Source: Candidatus Zixiibacteriota bacterium
GTDB taxonomy: Bacteria; Zixibacteria; MSB-5A5; WJJR01
Direction of reading: 5' to 3'
Assembly: GCA_036170655.1 (NCBI GenBank)
Contig: JAVHPP010000086.1
Coordinates: 1-12,704, forward strand
DNA length: 12,704 nucleotides
Below are positions 1 through 6,789 of the stretch, in pieces. The first letter of the stretch is position 1; every line of letters starts with the position of its first letter. Under the pieces are notes generated by a model. It worked only from the letters and a program-made list of their open reading frames with translations. It was not told where the DNA came from and did not search any database. A program made the position numbers and the translations under genes.

Positions 1-208
1 GGAGCGGCTCGGCGGTGGCATGATTATCCGCTGAGTCTACTTCGTACATCGGACTCCCCCCGGCATTCTTCGGTTCAGAGGCAAACAGGGTTTCGCCCTC
101 CAAGCTCCATCGGGGATGGGGCTTGACCATCGGTCCCTTCATATTCTTATACGTCGTCACAGTTTGTTTGAGACGTTCGTTTTCCTGCCACGACGAACTC
201 CCCATCAT
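1..208 (-). CDS. Possible 5' part of a divergently transcribed gene running off the left edge (hypothetical protein)
   Basis: Manual translation: the minus-strand frame is open from ATG 208 to base 1 (MMGSSSWQENERLK...GGSPMYEVDSADNHATAEPL). An internal ATG at 49 is preceded by GGGGGAG and may be the real start. No recognisable motif. Confidence 0.3.
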   Translation of the reverse strand, partial: MMGSSSWQENERLKQTVTTYKNMKGPMVKPHPRWSLEGETLFASEPKNAGGSPMYEVDSADNHATAEPL

Positions 209-248
209 GCCTCATGGCCGTGTGTCGGGTGACCACTTCCACTTCCAT
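147..248 (-). CDS. Possible 33-aa small ORF (MEVEVVTRHTAMRHDGEFVVAGKRTSQTNCDDV)
   Basis: ATG at 248 with GGAG about 9 nt upstream, TAA at 149-147. Below the ORF-track cutoff, no homology recognised. Confidence 0.15.
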   Translation of the reverse strand: MEVEVVTRHTAMRHDGEFVVAGKRTSQTNCDDV

Positions 249-577
249 CTTATTGATCTCCAATGAATTATGGTGCGGCCCTTCTTGGTTCCAGATTCTA
301 ATTCGGGGCGGTTTCATGTCGGGCCATTCTCGGGTTGGGTGTTCCTGAATTCCATTTTCAGGATACGCTCTTGATTCTTATACCGCAGCCCCCAACGCAA
401 GTTGCAGCAGATCCACAGTGTGGCGGGAATTTCTATTCTCAACAGGCCCAAGAGTATCAGAGGGCACAGTGCGCCTGTGGCATTTGAGTACACTCTTCAT
501 TGCCGATACATACCGTGGGGGCGTCGGCCAGCAATTGCACGACGGGGATCTTTGCCGATGATTAAATGGCTCCTGAT

Positions 578-586
578 TGGTATCAT
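578..586 (+). promoter_or_regulatory. Candidate extended -10 promoter element for glgB
   Basis: TGgTATCAT about 75 nt upstream of the glgB start; the -35 region is poor. Confidence 0.25.
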
Positions 587-661
587 TCCCTTGGTGCCGC
601 CAGGATGGCAGGCAAAGATAGGCACCCCGGAGAGTCCCATCCTGAAGGAGCAACGCCAAGC

Positions 662-2611
662 ATGGACGCAACCAGCATCATGACAACGACAAAGACCGTA
701 CGACACGACTTTAGCCTCCTTGGCAAGGACGATCTCTACCTCCTGAACGAGGGAACTCATCTCCGTTTGTATGAGAAACTCGGCGCCCACATACACGTCG
801 TGGAGGGGATCGCGGGAACGAACTTCGCTGTCTGGGCGCCCGATGCTCGGCAGGTGTCTGTCATCGGGGATTTCAATAGCTGGAACCGGACGAGCCACCC
901 GTTGACCTCGCGCCAGAACTCAGGCGTCTGGGAGGGGTTTGTTCCCGGCGTGGGGCCAGGATCAATCTACAAGTATTACATCGTCTCGCGGTACAATGGG
1001 TATTGGGTCGAAAAGACCGATCCCTTTGCGCTCTTTTATGAAACACCACCGAGAACTGCGTCGATCGTCTGGGATCTCGAGTATGCCTGGGGTGATCAGA
1101 CATGGATCCAGGAGCGTGCCGCGCACAACGCGCTGGCCGCGCCTATGGCCATCTATGAAATCCACTTAGGTTCATGGATGCGGGTGCCGGAAGAAGACGC
1201 CCGCTTTCTGAACTACCGCGAGCTGGCGCCCAAACTGGCGGACTATGTCCAGCAGATGGGCTTCACCCATGTCGAGTTTCTGCCTGTGATGGAGCATCCG
1301 TTCTACGGCTCCTGGGGATACCAGACGACCGGCTACTTCGCCCCGACGAGCCGCTATGGCTCGCCGCAGGACTTCATGTACCTGGTTGATTATCTCCACC
1401 AGCACGGGATCGGCGTCATTCTCGACTGGGTGCCATCTCACTTCCCGACCGACAAGTATGCGCTGGGTTATTTCGATGGGACACACCTGTTCGAACATGC
1501 GGACGAGCGAAAGGGGCTGCATCCCGATTGGAACAGCGCCATCTTCAACTACGGACGCAAAGAGGTCCGCTCGTTCCTCCTGTCCAGCGCCCTCTTCTGG
1601 CTGGACACGTACCACGCCGATGGATTGCGCGTGGATGCGGTCGCTTCCATGCTCTACCTCGACTACTCAAGGAAACCGGGAGAGTGGATACCCAACGAGT
1701 ACGGCGGGCGTGAGAACCTTGAAGCCATCAGTTTCCTGCGACAGCTCAACCACGAGGTCTACCGTCTACACCCTGACGTTCAGACACTCGCAGAGGAATC
1801 GACCGACTGGCCAATGGTGTCACGTCCCACCTATGCCGGCGGGCTGGGTTTCGGGTTGAAGTGGGACATGGGCTGGATGCATGACACGCTGGCCTACATC
1901 GCCAAGGACCCAGTTCACCGGACATACCATCACAACGAACTGACCTTCCGAATGCTGTATGCGTTCTGCGAAAACTTTGTCCTGCCGCTGTCGCATGACG
2001 AAGTGGTGCACGGGAAGGGGTCGTTGCTGGGCCGGATGCCCGGAGACGACTGGCAGAAGTTTGCAAACCTGCGTCTCCTCTACGGTTATATGTATGCGCA
2101 GTCGGGAAAGAAGCTGCTGTTCATGGGCGGCGAATTCGGCCAGTGGAATGAGTGGTATCACGAGACCTCGCTGGACTGGCATCTCACACAGTACGCGCCG
2201 CACGCGGGGATTCAGCGCTGGGTCAGGGACCTCAATCACACGTACCGCACGGAGCCGGCCCTTCATGAACTGGACGCCGACCCGGCCGGTTTCGAATGGA
2301 TTGATTGCAACGATGCTATCCAGAGCACGCTCAGTCTGCTGCGCAAGGGGCGGAACCCCGGGGATGTTGTCCTGTGTGCCGCAAACTTCACGCCGGTTCC
2401 CCGCACGGGCTACCGCATCGGCGTGCCGCATGCCGGCTACTGGCGCGAACTGCTCAACAGCGACGCGCAGGAGTACGGTGGCAGCGGCATGGGAAATGCC
2501 GGCGGACGCGATACCCAGGATATCCCCTGGCATGGCCGCCCATTTTCCCTCGCGCTGACCCTCCCTCCACTGAGTATGATTTTTCTCCGGAGCCCAGCGC
2601 ATGCGTCCTGA
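662..2611 (+). CDS. glgB: 1,4-alpha-glucan branching enzyme GlgB (GH13 with CBM48; short form, ~649 aa)
   Basis: [11 protein letters not shown]48 motif, [34 protein letters not shown], and catalytic motifs [27 protein letters not shown]. Start moved from 566 to ATG 662 because of AAGGAG at 645-650; ATG 680 is an alternative. Confidence 0.97.
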   Translation: MDATSIMTTTKTVRHDFSLLGKDDLYLLNEGTHLRLYEKLGAHIHVVEGIAGTNFAVWAPDARQVSVIGDFNSWNRTSHPLTSRQNSGVWEGFVPGVGPGSIYKYYIVSRYNGYWVEKTDPFALFYETPPRTASIVWDLEYAWGDQTWIQERAAHNALAAPMAIYEIHLGSWMRVPEEDARFLNYRELAPKLADYVQQMGFTHVEFLPVMEHPFYGSWGYQTTGYFAPTSRYGSPQDFMYLVDYLHQHGIGVILDWVPSHFPTDKYALGYFDGTHLFEHADERKGLHPDWNSAIFNYGRKEVRSFLLSSALFWLDTYHADGLRVDAVASMLYLDYSRKPGEWIPNEYGGRENLEAISFLRQLNHEVYRLHPDVQTLAEESTDWPMVSRPTYAGGLGFGLKWDMGWMHDTLAYIAKDPVHRTYHHNELTFRMLYAFCENFVLPLSHDEVVHGKGSLLGRMPGDDWQKFANLRLLYGYMYAQSGKKLLFMGGEFGQWNEWYHETSLDWHLTQYAPHAGIQRWVRDLNHTYRTEPALHELDADPAGFEWIDCNDAIQSTLSLLRKGRNPGDVVLCAANFTPVPRTGYRIGVPHAGYWRELLNSDAQEYGGSGMGNAGGRDTQDIPWHGRPFSLALTLPPLSMIFLRSPAHAS

Positions 2612-2695
2612 CACCGTCCCTGCCATCCCGTCCAGCCATCAGCGCTGGAGTTGCTGTGCCCGGCACATCATGTTTTCAGGGAAGTGCTGACGTTC

Positions 2696-5122
2696 ATGGA
2701 ACGGTACGTCTGCATTCACGGCCATTTCTATCAGCCACCGCGCGAGAATCCCTGGCTGGAGACCATCGAGCTGCAGGATTCCGCCGGTCCCTACCACGAC
2801 TGGAACGAGCGCATTGAGGCGGAGTGTTACCGACCGAACGCTGCGTCTCGCATTCTGGATCAGGCAGGCTTGATTGCCCAGATTGTCTGCAACTACGCGA
2901 AGATCAGCTTCAACTTCGGCCCCACGCTGCTGAGCTGGATGGAGGAGAAGGCCCCGGAAACTTACCAAGCCATTCTGGAAGCCGATTTCGAGAGCCAGCG
3001 GACCTTTTCGGGTCATGGTTCCGCGCTGGCGCAGGCCTACAGCCACATGATTCTGCCGCTGGCGAATCGGCGCGACAAAGCGACGCAGATCGTCTGGGGA
3101 ATCCGTGACTTCGAGCGCCGCTTCCGCAGACATCCGGAGGGGTTGTGGCTGCCGGAGACGGCGGTGGACATCGAATCACTGGACATGGCAGCGGCACAGG
3201 GAATCCGTTTCACGATCCTCGCTCCCGATCAGGCACGGCGTGTGCGCAAGCGCGGGGATCGGACTTGGCATGATGTGACCGGAGGCAGGATCGATTCAAC
3301 AATGGCCTATATGCTGCGGCTGCCTTCCCAGCGAGAGATTGCGATCTTTTTTTACGACGCGCTCGTCTCCCGCGCCGTGGCTTTTGAGCACCTCCTCAGC
3401 AACGGCGTGTATTTCGCAGGACGCCTGCTGGGCGCTTTTTCCGACGCGCGCCCCGGGCCGCAATTGGCACACATCGCCACCGATGGGGAAACCTACGGAC
3501 ATCATCATCGCTTCGGGGATATGGCGCTGGCGTATGCGCTGCATCACATCGAGTCCAATAAACTGGGGCGCCTCACCAACTACGGCGAATTCCTCGAACG
3601 TCATCCCCCGGCGTACGAAGTCGAGATCATCGAAAACACGTCGTGGAGCTGTCCGCACGGCATCGAACGCTGGCGCAGCAACTGCGGCTGCAATACCGGT
3701 CAGCACGCCGGTTGGAAACAGGACTGGCGCACGCCCCTGCGCGCGTCGCTCGACTGGCTGCGAGACACGCTCGCGCCGCTCTATGAACAGCAGGCGGGCC
3801 AGCTCTTGCGCGACCCTTGGGGCGCGCGCGATACATACATCGGCTTGGTGCTCGATCGCGAGCCGGAACAGATCGCGCAGTTCCTGGCACAACATGCCTT
3901 GCACGAACTCGACAGGACGGAAACCACCCGAGCCCTCAAACTTCTCGAGTTGCAACGTCATGCCATGTTGATGTACACCAGTTGCGGGTGGTTCTTCGAC
4001 GACATCTCAGGCATTGAGACGGTCCAGATTCTGCAATACGCTGGCCGCGCCATTCAGCTGGGCCAAGGACTCTTCCAACGCGACCTGGAAACACAATTTC
4101 TCGCCCTGCTGGAGCAGGCGAAGAGCAATGTACCCACCCAGCAGGACGGCCGCCGCATCTACGATCGGGCGGTCAAGCCGGCGATGATCAGCCTCGAACG
4201 CGTCGGCGCCCACTACGCCATCAGTTCGTTGTTTGCTGAGAACCACTCCCAGGAGCGCGTCGCCTGCTATGAGGTCGAGCGCGAGGACTTTCTCATCCGC
4301 GAGACCGGCAAGGCACGGTTCGCGCTGGGCCGGGCGCGAATCACTTGCCGGACAACGCTCGATGCCGCCGTCTTCAGTTTCGCGGCCATCCATTTCGGCG
4401 ATCACAACATTACATGCGGCATCCGCCCGTTTCCGGAGCCCGAATCATATCGCGCCATGGTGCGGGAGATTTCCGACGCGTTTACTCGTGGCGATCTGCC
4501 CGAGGTCGTCAGACTTATGGATCGCCACTTCGGGGCAGCTGTCTACTCTCTCCGTTCCCTGTTCCGCGACGAGCAGCGACGCATCCTGGGAATGATCCTG
4601 GAAAACGCCCTGACCGATGCTGAGTCTGTTTACCGTCATCTCTACGATGACCAGGCGCCGTTGATGCGTTTTGTCACCGGACTAGGAATCCCCCAGCCCA
4701 AAGCCTTTCGCACGGCCGCCGAGTTTGTTCTGAACGCCGATCTGCGGCGCGCTTTTGCCCGAGAGGACCTCGATCTGCATCGCATCAATGTGCTGATCGA
4801 GGAAGTCAGGAGTACGGACGTCGCGCTCGACACCACGGCGCTGGGGTTTGTCCTGAAAGACACGCTGGAGAAACTCAGCGAAAGTCTCTTTGAAAACCCA
4901 AGCGACCTTTCGCTCCTGCAGAGACTGTCCGCGACCGCAGCGCTGATCCATACTCAGCAATTCGCGGTTGATCTTCGCAAAATACAGAATACCTTTTGCG
5001 AGATGCGTCAGTGGGTATACCCCGATGCGCGTCAGCGCATGTCGCAGGGCGATGAGGAGGCACGCGCATGGGTGGAGAGCTTTGTGTCGCTGGGTGCTTC
5101 GCTGGGAGTGAAGCTGCCTTGA
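2696..5122 (+). CDS. Glycoside hydrolase family 57 protein with DUF3536-type C-terminal region (~808 aa)
   Basis: CIHGHFYQPPRENPW, SFNFGPTLLSW, YSHMILPL, nucleophile motif GLWLPETAV, acid/base motif ATDGETYGHH, and MYTSCGWFF. ATG 2696 sits directly before the first conserved motif. Confidence 0.9.
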   Translation: MERYVCIHGHFYQPPRENPWLETIELQDSAGPYHDWNERIEAECYRPNAASRILDQAGLIAQIVCNYAKISFNFGPTLLSWMEEKAPETYQAILEADFESQRTFSGHGSALAQAYSHMILPLANRRDKATQIVWGIRDFERRFRRHPEGLWLPETAVDIESLDMAAAQGIRFTILAPDQARRVRKRGDRTWHDVTGGRIDSTMAYMLRLPSQREIAIFFYDALVSRAVAFEHLLSNGVYFAGRLLGAFSDARPGPQLAHIATDGETYGHHHRFGDMALAYALHHIESNKLGRLTNYGEFLERHPPAYEVEIIENTSWSCPHGIERWRSNCGCNTGQHAGWKQDWRTPLRASLDWLRDTLAPLYEQQAGQLLRDPWGARDTYIGLVLDREPEQIAQFLAQHALHELDRTETTRALKLLELQRHAMLMYTSCGWFFDDISGIETVQILQYAGRAIQLGQGLFQRDLETQFLALLEQAKSNVPTQQDGRRIYDRAVKPAMISLERVGAHYAISSLFAENHSQERVACYEVEREDFLIRETGKARFALGRARITCRTTLDAAVFSFAAIHFGDHNITCGIRPFPEPESYRAMVREISDAFTRGDLPEVVRLMDRHFGAAVYSLRSLFRDEQRRILGMILENALTDAESVYRHLYDDQAPLMRFVTGLGIPQPKAFRTAAEFVLNADLRRAFAREDLDLHRINVLIEEVRSTDVALDTTALGFVLKDTLEKLSESLFENPSDLSLLQRLSATAALIHTQQFAVDLRKIQNTFCEMRQWVYPDARQRMSQGDEEARAWVESFVSLGASLGVKLP

Positions 5123-5124
5123 GG

Positions 5125-5204
5125 AATGGGACTGTCCCCCGTGCGGCTCCGGGGCTGCGCTTCGGCGTCCACCACAGACGTTGTGTGTCCGAGACGGTCC
5201 CGTT
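5125..5204. repeat. Structured inverted-repeat element (REP-like or mRNA-stabilising structure)
   Basis: AATGGGACTGTC (5125-5136) pairs with GACGGTCCCGTT (5193-5204), including two G-U pairs. It encloses a GC-rich hairpin at 5141-5160 and a small CACA/TGTG hairpin at 5173-5185. Confidence 0.5.
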
Positions 5205-5264
5205 GACATGTTGAATTGACGATCATTGTTTTGGCCGCCTGTATTCTGTATTTTGTCGATTGCC

Positions 5265-6251
5265 ATGCGCGACAACTCAGCACGTCCGCGACCTGTGCCA
5301 GCGCCGACGAAGACGGGAAGGCCGTTCCCTTCGGGTCGCGCTTTCGCATTGCTTTCGGTCGCCGCCTCGGTCCTGACCATTGCCTTGAAGCTGGGCGCCT
5401 ATTTCCTGACCGGCTCCGTCGGGCTTCTCTCCGATGCCATGGAGTCGTTCATCAATTTGGCTGCCGCCCTGGTGGCGGTCTGGGCGCTGACCATCGCCAC
5501 CCGTCCGCCGGACAACGAGCATGCCTTCGGGCATTCCAAGGCCGAGTACTTCGCCAGCGGAATTGAGGGTCTGCTGATCCTGGTGGCCGCCGCCGGTATC
5601 GGGTGGGCTGCATGGAACCGCCTGCTTCATCCGCAACCGTTGGAGAATATCGGATTGGGGCTAACTATCTCTGTTGTCGCCGCTGGCGTGAACGGCGCAA
5701 CGGCGATCGTGCTGCTGCGTGCGGGAAAGCGGCTGGGATCGATTACGCTCTACGCCGATGCGCTCCACTTGCTGACCGATGTCTGGACGTCAGGTGGTGT
5801 TCTCGTGGGCGTGGCGCTGGTCAAGGTAACGGGATGGCTGCCGCTTGATCCCCTCATCGCCGCGGCGGTGGCGGTGAACATTATCTGGACAGCGGTTCGG
5901 ATCTTGCGTGATACAGCCAAGGGAGTGCTCGACACAGCCATCCCCCAACACGACCGCGACCTGATCGATGGAGTTCTCTCACGCTACCAAGATCAGAGTG
6001 TCGTCTTTCATGCGCTCCGCACGCGCCTCGCCGGCCAGCGCCGCTTTGTTGATCTCCACGTGCTGGTGCCGGGATCATGGAGCGTTCAGCGCGGACACAC
6101 ACTCTGCGAGGAAATCGAAGCGGGGATTGCCTCAGCGCTGCCAAGGAGCACGGTGTTCACTCATCTCGAACCGCTCGAAGACTCCGTCTCGTGGACCCAT
6201 GGAGACTTGGACCGTCCAGCCAACGGGGCAGGAGAATCCCCAGCCCAATGA
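5265..6251 (+). CDS. Cation diffusion facilitator (CDF) family metal efflux transporter, FieF/YiiP-like
   Basis: LTGSVGLLSDAMES, PPDNEHAFGHSKAEY, ADALHLLTD, about 6 hydrophobic segments, and a C-terminal dimerisation domain (HALRTRLAG...VDLHVLV...H...FTHLEP). ATG 5265 preferred over TTG 5226; no clear RBS. Confidence 0.93.
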   Translation: MRDNSARPRPVPAPTKTGRPFPSGRAFALLSVAASVLTIALKLGAYFLTGSVGLLSDAMESFINLAAALVAVWALTIATRPPDNEHAFGHSKAEYFASGIEGLLILVAAAGIGWAAWNRLLHPQPLENIGLGLTISVVAAGVNGATAIVLLRAGKRLGSITLYADALHLLTDVWTSGGVLVGVALVKVTGWLPLDPLIAAAVAVNIIWTAVRILRDTAKGVLDTAIPQHDRDLIDGVLSRYQDQSVVFHALRTRLAGQRRFVDLHVLVPGSWSVQRGHTLCEEIEAGIASALPRSTVFTHLEPLEDSVSWTHGDLDRPANGAGESPAQ

Positions 6252-6321
6252 TGATAATGCACCCGCAATGCGGTACTTACGACGTATGCGAATCCCGATT
6301 CTGCGGGCACCGGCAAGCACA

Positions 6322-6360
6322 CTGGCGCCTGCCCGGATTGGCAGGGCAGGAGTGGGCCAG
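6322..6360 (+). terminator. GC-rich hairpin downstream of the CDF gene (possible atypical terminator)
   Basis: CCTGCCC (6328-6334)/GGGCAGG (6344-6350) perfect stem with outer CTGGC/GCCAG; lacks an adjacent U tract. Confidence 0.25.
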
Positions 6361-6400
6361 ATACTGGGTTTCTGAGCAGGGTAATTTTTCCACTAAGGGC

Positions 6401-6428
6401 TTGACAAACGGCAAATAAAGAGTAAATT
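6401..6428 (+). promoter_or_regulatory. Sigma70-type promoter for the downstream propeller-pgs operon
   Basis: Perfect TTGACA (6401-6406), 16-nt A-rich spacer, TAAATT (6423-6428), in an AT-rich patch of a GC-rich window. Confidence 0.6.
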
Positions 6429-6434
6429 GACCAC

Positions 6435-6789
6435 GCATGTACAGGCGACCATTGCCTGATTGCCTACTGACATGCAGGTAAAGCGCCTATCGATCCATTG
6501 AGCCCCACTGTCATTACAGCCCTCTGATTGCGCTGGACAGTGAGAATTACAACATAGTTCCTCTTGGCGCTCTCGCCATGGCCCTTTCTCTCATTTGAGA
6601 AGGGTACCGACCGGGCGGCCAACACGTTACGTGGTAATAGCATCTATTGCTATCAGTGGACAGGTAAACGTCGTCCTTGTTGCCTGGCAAGTTTATGTCC
6701 GGGCTTACCGACAATAGGCTTAGAGTGCCCCTGATTCGGTTGACAGGAAACACGGTCAGGAAAGCAGAACACCTCAAGAAAGGAACCAG
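6435..6789 (+). other. Long hairpin-rich putative 5' leader or candidate structured RNA
   Basis: Begins about 7 nt after the -10 box and contains a series of stems at 6435-6475, 6506-6542, 6565-6578, 6582-6604, 6623-6633, 6637-6653, 6677-6714 and 6730-6760. RBS AAAGGA at 6779-6784. Confidence 0.35.

Noticed and set aside
378..898. ORFs 378-671(-), 402-683(+) and 497-898(-), and the 566 start for glgB
   Set aside because: Atypical composition, no motifs, and overlap with the promoter region or glgB; an RBS supports ATG 662.
5203..5254. Promoter candidates for the CDF gene (TTGACA 5203, TTGACG 5216, TATTCT 5242, TATTTT 5249)
   Set aside because: The good -35 and -10 boxes are not at compatible spacing; a promoter is plausible but cannot be placed.
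6661..6711. c-di-GMP-I riboswitch-like ends (CAGGTAAAC ... GGGCTTACCGA; GGTAA/TTACC can pair)
   Set aside because: Only about 37 nt lie between the ends, with no GNRA-capped P2 and no GACGCAAAG core, so it is too short for the aptamer.
6740..6770. Second TTGACA near the propeller gene
   Set aside because: No -10 box at 16-18 nt spacing.
6547..6777. 76-aa minus-strand ORF in the leader region
   Set aside because: Non-ATG start, no RBS or motif; better explained as non-coding leader.
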